This document shows, one piece after another, positions 1 to 12,103 of a stretch of 64,000 nt of DNA. The position numbers and the translations under genes were made by a program. The stretch comes from Diplonema japonicum. Lineage: Eukaryota; Protista; Euglenozoa: Diplonemea. How positions within the stretch are numbered: position 1 is the stretch's first letter; every line of letters begins with the position of its first letter. The notes below the pieces were generated by a model. The model ran no database searches. It worked only from the letters and a program-made list of their open reading frames with translations, and was not told where the DNA came from. The stretch lies in contig OZ025719.1 in the NCBI GenBank assembly GCA_964019335.1, positions 310,001 through 374,000 of the forward strand, written 5' to 3'.

Positions 1-272
1 ACCCCCACACCAACATGGCGAAGGCGTCTCTCAACATGATGACCCGTACGTCTGGGAGGGACTATGCTGGGGCTGGTATCTACATGAACTCAGTCGACAC
101 CGGTTGGATTACCGATGAGTCGCCTTATGACAAGCAGCAGCGCCGTCTCGCATCGGGCTCCCTCTGCCCTTTGGACGAGATCGACGCCGCCGCCCGTGTC
201 TTGGATTTGGTTTACATTGACAGCTCGGAGCACTCTAAATTCTGGAAAGACTACCACACCATTCCTTGGTGA
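1..272 (+). CDS. Short-chain dehydrogenase/reductase, C-terminal part (5' end outside window)
   Basis: Frame open from the window edge: PHTNMAKASLNMMTRTS...IYMNSVDTGWIT...PLDEIDAAARVLD...FWKDY..IPW, a typical SDR C-terminus. Confidence 0.8.
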   Translation, partial: PHTNMAKASLNMMTRTSGRDYAGAGIYMNSVDTGWITDESPYDKQQRRLASGSLCPLDEIDAAARVLDLVYIDSSEHSKFWKDYHTIPW

Positions 273-573
273 TTTTCTTTTTTTTTTTTTCTTTTTTTTT
301 ACTTATCATTTTTTTTTGTGTCCCCCCAACCCAGAGGATTTTTTTTTTTACCCATAATTACCCTTTGTGTGCATTTTTGCGCCTCCTCCCCTATCCTTGC
401 CCACATTTGTTATTGAAGGGGAGGCCGTGTCGACAAAGATTTTCAAAGGGGTTTTCTTTTTTTTTCCTCCCTACCCAATTGAAACCCCCTTTATTGTTCT
501 CCTCCCCCCCCCCCCCCTTTTTCTTTTTCCGACCTCGTATATTAAAGCAGGGGGGGAGGAAAACAAAAAGAAA

Positions 574-1368
574 ATGGAGGGCATGAAAAGCCAGGAAGAG
601 ATCTGGAGGCTCTTTGTGAGCGCGGTGAGGCATTCTGGGCTGACGGAACGCGATCTTGTCAACGTGTCCGAAGGAACACTGAAGGCGCTGGCAGGGCATG
701 CGGGCTTCGCGGCCAACCCAGTTGACATGGCAAGAATAGAAGTACAATGGAGATACCTAAGAGACACAGGATTGCTAATGGGTTCCTCGGTGTACAGTAA
801 GAGCCCGGCAAGAAGTATAAGAAGTGTTGAAAGAAGCAGAAGCCGTAGCAGAAGCCCACTGCCAGCAGGGGGGAATCCCGAGGAGTTCGTGGTACCTAAG
901 GCGAAGGTTAAGCCTGGGTTTAGCACGAGAAAGCCTTTAGGGGATCGAAGGCCGATAAGAGGGATCACTCCTGAACCAGGAGAAGATCGTGGGAGGAGAG
1001 AGCTAGCTTCGTCAAGGTTCTCCCCTCATGACTCACCACTGCCGCCTTATCACTGCGGTAAGTCCACTGCAGTGCCTGTCACACCCCCTCGATTAACGGT
1101 GAAGCCTGCTCCTAACACCTTTGACCGAACCATGACCAACCATCTCCATCGGTCAGTGTCTTCTGATTTCCCTGCGAGAAAAAGCCGTGCTTCCTCGTAC
1201 TCCCCTCAAAGGAGGGAGCCCGTTCCATCTTCCAGGGCCCGATCGCCCAACCATGTCCACAACTTTTCGTCAAGTATCCTGAGCCCCCCAGAGGCCCCTC
1301 ATAAGAACACCAGGAGAATGGCTTATCTCTCCAAGGCTACGCAGTCTAGCTTGACCACCTTGCGGTAG
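574..1368 (+). CDS. Hypothetical Ser/Arg/Pro-rich protein
   Basis: ATG at 574 after an A-rich leader; 264 codons plus stop with no homopolymer runs; RSRSRSP low-complexity segment. Confidence 0.7.
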   Translation: MEGMKSQEEIWRLFVSAVRHSGLTERDLVNVSEGTLKALAGHAGFAANPVDMARIEVQWRYLRDTGLLMGSSVYSKSPARSIRSVERSRSRSRSPLPAGGNPEEFVVPKAKVKPGFSTRKPLGDRRPIRGITPEPGEDRGRRELASSRFSPHDSPLPPYHCGKSTAVPVTPPRLTVKPAPNTFDRTMTNHLHRSVSSDFPARKSRASSYSPQRREPVPSSRARSPNHVHNFSSSILSPPEAPHKNTRRMAYLSKATQSSLTTLR

Positions 1369-1793
1369 TTTTTTTTTTTTTTTTTCTTTTTCTTTTTTTT
1401 TTTTTTTTTTCACCTCCCCTTTGTATTGTACCTTTTTTTTTTTTTTTTTTTTTTTTTCCTTTTAAAATAAGTCCTTTTACCCCTCTCATTCTGTGTTATC
1501 TATTCCCTTTTAGTTTTTTAGTTTTTTCCTTTCATTCTTTTCTATGTTTCAACAATTGAAAAAAAAAAAAAACAAAAACAAAAAAAAAAAAAAACAGGTT
1601 GGAGGGGGGAAGGGGGGGGTTTCAGAAAGAAAAAAAAAAAAGAAACCCTAATTGACATTGTTTTGTACTAAAAAAAAAAAAAAAAAAGAAAAAGAAGAAA
1701 AAAAACAATCACATACAACCCCCCCCCCCCCCCCCCCCCCCCAACATAACCCCCCATTTTTTCCCCTCTTGAATTAAACTCGAGGGGAAGGGA

Positions 1794-2868
1794 ATGGGCC
1801 ACGATGGCGAGTTAGTAGTAGGCTGGAAGGCTGAGGCCAACTGGTGGAGATTTAAGAAGAACACGGAGATGAGCCGCACAGGTAGGGTGGTTGCAAACCA
1901 ATGGGAGAACAAAGTGAGGGGCAAGCACCAACCGAGACCAAGAAGCGGGCACACCATCGCAGTCCTACAAAACAAAGGACTAGCTGTGATGTTTGGAGGG
2001 CTGGGCGACGATGTAGGTGAAGTAACAAGCGACCCAGTACTCAATGACGTGTGGGTGTATAACCTTCAAGAGGACAGCTGGGAAGAGATATCAGTAAATG
2101 GCGAAAAACCAGATCCAGTCTTCGGGCACACTGCCGAAGTGCTTGAAACAGAAACCCACGGGGTGTGTATGGTAGTCTTTGGGGGCCAGTCGGTTGCTGG
2201 TGTCCTTGCAGGGGATGCCTACATCCTCAAAGATCTTCTCTCTTCTCCTACTTGGCACAAGCTCCCATCCTCAGATACAATCCTCCGCTCTTCCCTCTCA
2301 CGCTGGGGCCACACAATGGTTCCCCTTCACGAACCAGGTTCGACAATTTCCCTCATAACTGGTAAGCCTGTTCCCCCGGAAGGCAACCTCCAGCTTATCA
2401 TCTTCGGTGGGATGGCCGAGTCCTACGAGTCTCTCGGCGACATTCTCGCCCTGGACGTCGCCAGCCTATCATGGTCTGTCATAGATGACAGTGCGTCCGA
2501 GACACGGCCAGTTGGGCGTCGAAGGCACATCGCAGCTATCGATCCTGCTGATTATTGCATGTGGGTATGAAGACCCCCCCCCATACAATTTTCTTTTTTT
2601 ATAAAATTGTAATAGGTGTTCGGAGGACGAAGCGAGTGGAACTCTTTCCACTCGGACCTGTGGAGGTTTGACCTCAGGTCGCACACTTGGACAGAGGTTC
2701 ATGCTGCGAACTCCCCTTTGGTATTGTTTTTTTTTATTTTTTTATTTATTTTTTTAAAACACCCCTTAGCCACGCACTGGGCATTGCGGGGCCATGCACG
2801 GAAGCTGTCTATATGTTTTTGGGGGTTTCGAGCTGAGAGGACCGGTCGAGGGAGAGTGGGTATACTTG

Positions 2869-2910
<42 letters not shown>

Positions 2911-3443
2911 AGGACTACATGATATACAACGACCTGCATCAGTTCAACACGATGACGAGGGAGTGGGAGGAGGTGGTCCCCAATCCTGTGGGATGTGCTG
3001 GGGAGATGGGCGTGCACGAGAAAGGCAAGCGGGCATCGTCACGACAGGTACAGAACAGCAGCACCAGCGGGAGCAACCCGCAGGCAAGACCTGTGGTGAC
3101 ATGGGGAGAGACAGGCACTTCAAAGGGCGAAGAAACTCCTGTGGAAACAGGACAGTCAGGGGTACACATTTGCCCCGACCAGACAAAGCCTTGTGTCGCC
3201 CCCAGACAGCGGTCAATGGCCTCTTGCTTCATATACCAAGACAGGTTCTACCTACACGGAGGCAGGGACAAGCTTCAGGCCTTCAACTGTGCCTTCAGCG
3301 TTCCGTTAATCCCTACAAATCATTGTTCTTTAGTGGCTCATGTTGCTAGGTTTTTGGTAGACGAACAAGTCCAGTACTGTGATGCAGGGCTTGCAGATGA
3401 TTTGAATAACTACCTTGATTCACTTTTCGCTGCACCAGTGTAG
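1794..3443 (+). CDS. Kelch-repeat protein (4 exons: 1794-2564, 2616-2720, 2770-2859, 2913-3443)
   Basis: Repeated PRSGH/FGG/ND.W kelch motifs. Three phase-0 GT-AG introns (51, 49, 53 nt) rejoin the motifs (MW|VFGG, PL|PRTGH, EW|DYMIYNDL). Confidence 0.85.
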
Positions 3444-4277
3444 TGAAGCGGACGCAAGGGGGGGGGAACGGGGGGAGGGGGGGAGAAAAAAAAAAAGGGA
3501 AGGGGAAAGAAAAATTTACCCTCCCCATTCCACATACTTGTATTGATTAGTTACGTTTTCTTTCTTTTTATATTTTTTTTTTCCCCATTTTTTTCTGGCT
3601 TTCTTTTTTTTTTGGTTAGGGGGGGGGTTCGTGGCTAACATTTCTTTTTTTTCCCCCTCCCCCTGTTCCCCCCTTCCCTACATAATGATTAATAATGTGT
3701 GATAAAAAAAAAAAAAGATTGAAAAGAAAAGAAGAAGAAAAAAAAAAAAAAAAGCTATTCTAAAGAAAAAGATTGAAGAGAAAAAAGAAGAAGAAAAATC
3801 TAAAAAAGGGTAGTATGTGGGTAACAGAAAAAAAAAGGGAGGGTATTTATTAATCCAAAAGAAACCAAGGGGGGAGGAAGAAAAAAAAAAAGAAAGAAAC
3901 AAAAGTGGCACCCTCCCCTTCAAGCCAGTCAAGGTGAGAGGGAGCAATGCAACACTTTTGCCTGCCCACGAAAGCCAGCAATGCAACAGAGGAGGGGCAA
4001 AGGGAGAACAATATACTATGCCAAAGCCGAGTAACTTAACCTCACAATTTTAACCTTTTGTCTTTGAAGTTTTGCCAGCAAAGTGTGGTTTCGATTTTTT
4101 TTGTTCCCCCCCGCTACATACCGTAAGCTAAGTTTCTCTCCCCCCCCCCCCCTATTTCCTCCTTTTTCTAAAAGAAAGAAAAAAGAAAAAAATAATAGGG
4201 AGTAACTTTTCGTTAGAAGCGCAGAGAAACAAATAACTTTTTTTTGTGCACAACAAAACGCCAGAATAGGTTTTCCT

Positions 4278-4311
<34 letters not shown>

Positions 4312-5182
4312 TTTCTTTTCTTTCCCATCCATTTTTTATTCCACACAAATGAAAGAAATATGAAGTATAAAAGAAAATAAAAAAAATAAAAAAAATAAAA
4401 AATAAAAAAAACACACATTAAAAAAAAAAAAATTAACATACGGAGATAGTGTTTCCTGCTTTAGTTTTGGTCCTGTTTTTTTTTTCTCCTTTTTCTTTTC
4501 TTTTTTTCGTAAAGCAGACCAAAACTAGTTTTCAGATAGCCTCGAAAACCCTCCACTTGTCTTGTAAGCCCCTTCCGTTCTTATCCCCGTTTTTTTTTTC
4601 TTCTTTTTTTTTATTTCCTGGTTCGGATAAAATATAGCTCTTTAGGGCCACCAACCTTTTCTCTTTTATGGTTTGCTTTCGCCAATATCTTTTTCTTCTC
4701 CCCTCCCCGCCCCAGTATGTATGCAGAAGAGAAGAAAGAAGAAAAGGCCGTATGTCTTCAACAAAGGAGGGGAGGGAAAGGGAAAAAAGCGAGAGCGCGG
4801 GGAGAAAATAAAATGGGGGACATAAAAAGTTAGTTATGTTTAAGGCGCACGGAAGGGGCTTGGCTGCCACAAACCGAGCTGTCCCAGTGCTTGAGGGGGC
4901 GGGGGGGCGGGGATGTTCCATTGTTTCATCCAGCGGCGGCTCCATTTTCCCCTGAACCACTTTCCCTCGTCCTTTTTTTTTTTTTTTTTTTAAGCACGCC
5001 CACACGAGAAGAAAAAAAGGGGGGGGGGACAAAAAGAAGAAAAAGTTTTTTTTTATATTTCCCCCCCCTCATACGCAAGCCCCGCCTCCAATTTTTCCTT
5101 CTTTATTATATCCCCCCCCCCCATTGTTGAGGGTGTTAAAAAAAGAAAAAAGATTAAAAAAGAAAAAGGGGGGAAAAAAGAA

Positions 5183-5839
5183 ATGACCGCGCTCTTGGAG
5201 CAATTAGCAGCAGGGAATGAAGTGACAGCACAGTTGATTTTGGTAACAGGTACTAATATATTTAGCCTGCCTTGTGTTTATGCGTGTTTCAAGCACGAAT
5301 GTTATTTTGAAATGTGGGTCGGGTTGGGTACGGCCTTTGTGTCCGTGATGTACCATTCAGCAGAGGCTCTGAAGGAGCCATTGCTGGGGATGAACGATGG
5401 GAAGTGGCACAGGCTTGACAATGTTTTCGCGATTATGTCGTTCGTTTCCCTCATGCTGTGGTTGATGGACAACAAGAACAGAAAACACGATGAATTTCTC
5501 AGATGGTTTTTCTTCGTCTTGGTCACATGGGCACAGGAACGTGGTCCCTGGATCCTATTCTACACGGTGGCGCCCATCCTTCTCGCCTTTTCGCTTCTCA
5601 TCTTGAAGTATATTGTCACCCTCCAGCTCCCTATCTTTATCAAAAGCCCTTCCGAGCGCAACAAGTTCCTCAAAGGCCTTGGCCTCCTCGGCATTGCAAT
5701 TTATTTCTTCGCACTGGGCCTCAACGAAAGGGCGGACTACCTCCGTTGGCACCACGGGATGTGGCACCTATTCTGTGGATTAGCATTCTACCAGTTTTTC
5801 CAAATCCAAGTAGCAGGGAGGAAGGTGAAGGCCGCTTAA
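5183..5839 (+). CDS. CREST-superfamily multi-pass membrane protein (TMEM8/myomaker/DUF3522-like)
   Basis: TN..SLP, S..YH, W.RLD and H.MWH motifs with about 7 hydrophobic segments. Confidence 0.7.
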   Translation: MTALLEQLAAGNEVTAQLILVTGTNIFSLPCVYACFKHECYFEMWVGLGTAFVSVMYHSAEALKEPLLGMNDGKWHRLDNVFAIMSFVSLMLWLMDNKNRKHDEFLRWFFFVLVTWAQERGPWILFYTVAPILLAFSLLILKYIVTLQLPIFIKSPSERNKFLKGLGLLGIAIYFFALGLNERADYLRWHHGMWHLFCGLAFYQFFQIQVAGRKVKAA

Positions 5840-5959
5840 AAAAAAGATTTTTTTTTTCTTATACAAAGTGTATACCCTTTCCTCCTTTTTGCCTCACCAA
5901 AAAAAAGGGGGGGGAGACATTACAAAAAGAAAAGAAAAAAAGAGAAAAAAAGAAACACA

Positions 5960-8900
5960 ATGACCCGCGACCCGCACAAAGGGGTGGGTGCAGAGGACAG
6001 GACCATTGATGAACTGGCGGCGTTCTACGGAGTGGACGACAACGAGAGCGAAGGAAACGAAGCGAAAGGGTTCAGCGCGATGGAGCTGAGGGAAGGGGAA
6101 AGAAAACGGCTGAAAAAGGAAACGAGCAAGATGAACAGAGAACAAAAGAAGGCGAAGGAGAAGGCAGACGCAGAAGAGAGGAAAAAGAGAGAACAGGCCA
6201 TCAAAAAGTCAGAATTGAAGGAGAAACAACAGAAGATCTCTTTCCCACTGCAGTCCATGACAGACTCAATGCCACACCCAGAGGACGAAGAGAGCGACGA
6301 GGAAGACATCGACAAGTACCTGATGAAGCAAACAAACACCACAACAGTTCTCACGGACATGGACCTCGACGAAGAAGAAGAAACACCTATGGGGGGAACC
6401 GCTTCGCTCTTCTTCGGAGATGACGATGATGAACCTCCGAAAAAAACAGCAGCGAAGCAAGAGGATTCCGACGAAGAAGGAGCCTACATGGAGGAGGCAC
6501 CGAAGCCCACAAGGAAGCAGCCCATCACCAACCCGCCTCTCCCCGAAGCTAAACGGAAGCGAACAGACCATCCCCAAACCAAGGTGAACTACACCGTGAA
6601 GACAGACCGAATGGTTGCTGCGTCCAGTGTTGACACCAAGACGGATGTTCGGTTCACCCAGTCACATGCTGCATCTACGCAACGTGTTGCCGACACCGAC
6701 TCCCTCAGCATGTACTGGTTCGATGCCCGTGAGGACGGCCATGGCCTCCTCGGCACCGGTGGAAGCACCGCTCCAGGCACCGTTTACCTCTTCGGCAAGG
6801 TGCGGAACGCTAACGGTGAGATGATCTCGTGTTGCCTGAGGATCGGCGGCCTGCAGCGCCAGGTCTTCTTCCTCCCACGGAAGACCCACCCCGACACCGA
6901 CGAGCCCATCCCCATTATCGACGCTCAACGTGAGATCATGAGATTCTGTTCCGCACAGCAGATCATGAAGCGCAGGGTCGACGTCCGTGACAGGTGGTAC
7001 GGCTTCGAAGACGAAGGCATCCCCCGCGACTGTGAAAAGTGGATCAAACTATCTTACTCCGCAGCCTACAAGGAACTCGGCATCACGCCGACCGCATCCT
7101 CAAATGTACAGAAGTACCTCTCCACGGTCACACACGCCTTCGGTGACGGGAGGAGCTTCCTTGAGATGTTCATGCTCAAGAAGCGTCTGAAAGGCCCTTC
7201 CTGGCTGAACGTGAACGGCTTCAAAAGGGTCGAGAAGTCCGAGCAGATGTCGCACTGCGCAGTGGAGTACGTCGTGGACACATACAAAAACATCAAGCTA
7301 GCAAAGGACTGGGAAAGTTTGCCAGCACCGCCTCTGAAGGCGTTGTCTGTGTCCTTGTTCACCGACTTGCGCAACAATGTGAATGAGATCATCTCAGCGT
7401 CGGCGGTGTTCTACAAGAAGCTTGATGTTGACAAGCCGTCTCCCAAGGAGGCCCCGTACAGGTGGGCGGGAATCAGGCCTCTGCCCGGTGCGAAGCTTCC
7501 CACGCCACACGTGGTAGAGGCTGCTTTCAAAAAGAACAACGTCCCCCCACCCACGCAGGAAGCCAACGAACACGCGCTGCTGACCCGCCTCATCAGCGAG
7601 ATCGTGAGAGAGGACCCTGACGTCATCGTGGGGCACAACTTCTTGTCCTTCGACCTCGACGTTCTTCTGCACAGGATGAATGACCTCAAAATCAACACAT
7701 GGGACAGGTTGGGTCGCCTCCGCCTGCGACATATGCCTAAATTACAGCACGGTGCAGGTGGTACCGGCGACAGTACTTGGGAGGAGCGCAGCGTCCTCGG
7801 AGGGAGGGTCATCGCTGACAGCTACCTGCTGGCCAAGGAGTACCACAAGACCAACAGCTACAAGCTGCGCAACCTTGCATTCGAGCTGAACCTAGGCGTC
7901 TCCGAAGAGAACGTTACTTTAAAACCTATCGGCGATCTGGAAGGTGCGTTGGGACAGCCTGACGGCATGCTGGAGATCGTGACGAGGACCGACCAGAAGG
8001 CTCTGCTCAGCTACTTCGTTGTGGACAAGCTGCAGGCCATCCCGTTGACGAAGCGTCTTACCTTCCTGGCGGGAAACCTGTGGACACGTACCCTGACAGG
8101 GTCCCGAGCAGAGCGAACAGAGTACCTCCTCTTGCATGACTTTTATCGCCAGAAATACGTCCTCCCTGACAAACGGCGCATCAGCTACGTGAAGCCAGAC
8201 GACGCTGAAGGGAAGCGCCGCGCAAAGTACATGGGCGGGATGGTGCTGGAACCCAAGAAGGGGCTATACAGCGACTACGTGCTGCTTCTTGACTTCAACT
8301 CCTTGTACCCGTCCATCATACAAGAGTATCAGATCTGCTTCACAACATGCGAAAGGCCGGAAGGTGATGACATCCCCAACGTTCCGGACAAGTCTGCTCT
8401 TCAATGCTCGAAGTGCGGGGAGGGCACCGAACCGTGCGTCCATAAGTGCGTCTTGCCGAAGGCAATTCGCGCGTTGGTGAACGACAGGAGACAGATAAAG
8501 AACTACATAAAGACAGAGAAGAACCCGGAGATGCGCGCGAAGTACGACATCATCCAGAAGGCGCTCAAGCTGACCGCAAACAGTATCTATGGATGTCTGG
8601 GGTTCCAACATTCGAGGTTCTATGCTAGACCGTTGGCGCAGCTTGTCACACAACAAGGCCGTGTTGCATTGTCGAGCACGGTGGATCTTGTAGAAACCCT
8701 GCCAGAGCATCAGCTCAGTGTTGTGTATGGTGACACGGATTCTGTGATGCTCAAGACAGACATTCCTAACACAATGCACGTTTCGCAGGCTGTCGCAAAA
8801 GCGCGGTATGTGAAGGAGGCTGTGAACCGAAGGTACTCGAACCTAGAGATCGACATCGATGGAGTGTTCAAATCGATCCTTTTGGTGAGGAAGAAGAAAT

Positions 8901-10194
8901 ATGCGTCAACCATCGTGAAGGACTGGCAAGGCGACGGGAACATCATCGAAAAGGAGATCAAAGGTCTCGACATGGTGAGGAGGGACTGGTGCCCTTACAC
9001 ATCGGAGGTTCAAGAGAAAACACTGGACTTCTGTCTCTCGGGCAACGACGAGGAAACCGTGCGGTCGAACATCATCGAATACCTCACAGAAGTCGGAGAG
9101 GTCGTGCGAAGCAACGACGCGGAGCTGGAAAAATTCCTGATCACGAAATCTTTAACAAAGGACCCCGCCTTGTACGCCAATTCCACAGCACAGCCACACG
9201 TTATCGTCGCTCTTAGAATGCAAGAGAATAAAATACCAGTCAAGGTCGGTGACTTCATCCAATACATCATTTGCACGGAGGTCAACGATTCCGGGGAGAA
9301 GAAACTGTCATCACGAGCGTTCACAAAAGACGAGGTTGTTTCAAAGAAGCTGACCATCGACAAGGAGTGGTATCTAGCCCAGCAGTTCCACCCGCCCATC
9401 TCAAGGCTGACTGAGAGCTTCGAAGGCCTCGACTCCCATGTTATTGCTCATTGTTTGGGTGTTGAAATGTCCTCACATATACACCACATTAAGACAACCG
9501 ACTCTGTTGACTACTCGATCACCGCTTCAGGCCGTCGTGCTGTCACTGAGCGGTACTACCCTCTGGAGCTTCGCGTGATGTGTCAGTCCTGCAAAACAAC
9601 AATCGTGTTCAACCCCCATGAGATTATCCTGAAGAAGCTGTCCGAGTGGAACGATGCCGAATGCCAGCCACGTGCGGGACTGCTTCGTTGCAGGTCGTGT
9701 AAGGCTATGTTGAACCTACGGTGCATTGGCAACCAGGTTGTGCGTGAGATTCGCGCGAGGCAAAAAGAATACTTCTCCGGTCTCGAGGGGTACGAATCAG
9801 ACTACTACAGAGACGCGGCGAGAAAATACAACGAACGGCATACAAGGGACTACGTGGATTTCGTAAGGGCTTTGTTCAGCTTGAACGAATGGTGCCAGGT
9901 GGTTATACATTATGTCAACACCGCACCCGAGGCACAGGTTATCGCGATTTGTGGTGAGTTAACAGATGCGCCGAGAGTGGCGGTGGAGAAGGTGTACGCA
10001 CTTTTGACGGATCCTGAGTTGGTATGAGAGGGGGGAGAAAGAAGAAAAGAGGAAGAAAAAAAAAAAAAAAACAGGAACAATTCATGCTCATTTCCCGGTA
10101 CCTTAAGTCCATCACTGAGAAGTTCGCCGCCACGCACGTTGACGTCGGGTCCATCTTCGATGTTGTTACGCATTTTTCAGGCAGGACTCGTTGA
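5960..10194 (+). CDS. POLA1: DNA polymerase alpha catalytic subunit (exons 5960-10021, 10075-10194)
   Basis: Family B motifs DPDVIVGHN, YMGGMVLEPKKG, LDFNSLYPSII, KLTANSIYG, YGDTDS, KKKY, KGLDMVRRDWC. A 53-nt intron (10022-10074) restores a C-terminal ...HVDVGSIF. Confidence 0.95.
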
Positions 10195-10481
10195 TAGTAA
10201 TGGGTGTTCCTCCCCCTTTTTTTTTCCCTTTTTTTTTTCTCCCCTCCCCCACATTGTCTAGTTTACCCCCTCTTCCCTCGTTGTCGATTTACTTCCCCCC
10301 CCCCCCCCCTGTCTTCATTTCTTTCAAATGTTTTTATCCCAATTTTCTAGAATTTCTTTTTTTAAACCCTCGATCCATCTTCCCCCCTTTTTTTTTGTTG
10401 CATCTTTTTGGCCACCTTCAGGGGGAAAAAGAAAAAAACAAAACAAAAGCACACACCAAGTGCCCAACAGAACCGAACCCA

Positions 10482-11861
10482 ATGGGCGGCACAACCTCAA
10501 CAGAAGTAAAACCGAAGGAGCATGTCGCGAGGGATATAACAAATGTGGACTACACAGCCGAGGTAAAAGGGAGGGTAGGGTGCCTGTGCGTTCTCAGAAA
10601 AGCGAGTGTGATCCTCGTGAGCGTGGGCCAAGTCGTTATGGGCTGGGAACTTGATACAGGGAAGTTCTTCCGAGAATGGGATTTAGGTGGGGAAGTAACG
10701 GCATTGGGAGAGTGCGTGTCGGGGTACCATTTCTACGCCGCAGTAGGGGAGTACAAGATACGGAAGATCCTTCTAACAAAACGGCTCACCATCTCCGCCT
10801 TTGAGGACATCACGTCTACAGGAGTACGCCGTCCTGAGGCAGACCACCAAGACGAGATTTTCGACTCCACCTTCCACATTACCATCCCGAAGGACCTCAA
10901 GTGTCTATCTGTTGAGGACTACCAACCTTCGCTGAACCATTCTGCCATTCACCACCCGCATCTTGTCTTAGACGCCATCAGCCTGATCATGCCTCATCAA
11001 ACACCCGTTAGCAACGACTCCGAAACACTTACAATATGCGCTGCCCCGCACGTTATAATCTGGGACCTCAAAAACAACAACAACAACACCAACAACGGTC
11101 CTTCTGGGAATCTTATCAAGGTGCACAAAGGGTTTTACCCGTCGGGGTCGACAGGCGTTTGTCTTTTAGAAGACGACCGAACAGTGGTGGGGGGGAGGGG
11201 GAAGGTTGTGGTGTTGAACTGGAAAAAAGCGGTAGATGTCCCAGTGCACGGTGTGCGATCGTTGGTGGAGAAGGTCGTCGCGAAGGGGAAAATACTTTTC
11301 CTGTCGATGGGATCTGAGGTTGTAAAGTACAATTTACTGTCGAAACAAGTTCTGTTCAGGTGGAAAGCGGTGGGAAGGGTTCGGAGCTTGACATACGAAT
11401 CAGGCATCCTCATCACCAGTTCAGAAGCTTCGTACGGGTTCGAAGTTTGGGATGGAAAGTGCGGGCGTTCCCTCGGTAGGTACGACACGTCAGCCGTACC
11501 TATCTTGCATGACACTGTGAGGATCGAAAGGGGAAAGCTTTTATTTGTGGACGTGCCTTCCCACGGGCAAGGCTACCAGACACTCCTCAAGTTTTACCTT
11601 CTTTCGAAGTGGCTCGCTACGTCGCCTTTTGTCTCGCTTTACTCTTCTTATTGGGCTCGGTTTGCTAGTCGTGCTCCTGAGCAGAATCCAGTGCTCAGTC
11701 AGGTTCTGTTTGATGGTATGCTGGCGCCGACGATTACGGCAGCGCAGACGCCCTCTGCGCCGGCTTGCTTCCCGATGCCGTCCGCCCAGCCTGTCAAGCA
11801 CCTCACCCTCGAGAGGAGAAAGAGCGTCAGGACCGTTATGTTTACAATAAGACCTGGTTGA
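10482..11861 (+). CDS. Beta-propeller (WD40-like) protein with possible N-myristoylation signal
   Basis: MGGTTS start shortly after a CAG; repeated W(E/D)L.TG and VWD...G patterns. Confidence 0.6.
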   Translation: MGGTTSTEVKPKEHVARDITNVDYTAEVKGRVGCLCVLRKASVILVSVGQVVMGWELDTGKFFREWDLGGEVTALGECVSGYHFYAAVGEYKIRKILLTKRLTISAFEDITSTGVRRPEADHQDEIFDSTFHITIPKDLKCLSVEDYQPSLNHSAIHHPHLVLDAISLIMPHQTPVSNDSETLTICAAPHVIIWDLKNNNNNTNNGPSGNLIKVHKGFYPSGSTGVCLLEDDRTVVGGRGKVVVLNWKKAVDVPVHGVRSLVEKVVAKGKILFLSMGSEVVKYNLLSKQVLFRWKAVGRVRSLTYESGILITSSEASYGFEVWDGKCGRSLGRYDTSAVPILHDTVRIERGKLLFVDVPSHGQGYQTLLKFYLLSKWLATSPFVSLYSSYWARFASRAPEQNPVLSQVLFDGMLAPTITAAQTPSAPACFPMPSAQPVKHLTLERRKSVRTVMFTIRPG

Positions 11862-11934
11862 AAAAAAAAAAAAAAAAAAATCCTCTTCGTTTACATGTCG
11901 GGGTCCTTTATCTGGTTTTGAAGTCTTTAGTCGT

Positions 11935-11971
<37 letters not shown>

Positions 11972-12103
11972 GCCCATAAAAAAAAAAATGCAAAATAACA
12001 CACATAAAAAGGAGGGGGGTGGAGGGGGCAGAGGGATAGCGGGGAAGGGGGTGGAAGAAAGAGAGCGATAGAGAACAAGAAAAGAGGAAAGGGGGGGGAG
12101 GAA

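Noticed and set aside
3678-5130. Many poly-F/poly-K ORFs here and in other spacers
   Set aside because: They are translations of homopolymer tracts with no coding signal.
6025-9399. Minus-strand ORFs overlapping real genes (here and throughout the window)
   Set aside because: Antisense shadows of + strand CDSs with no independent motifs.
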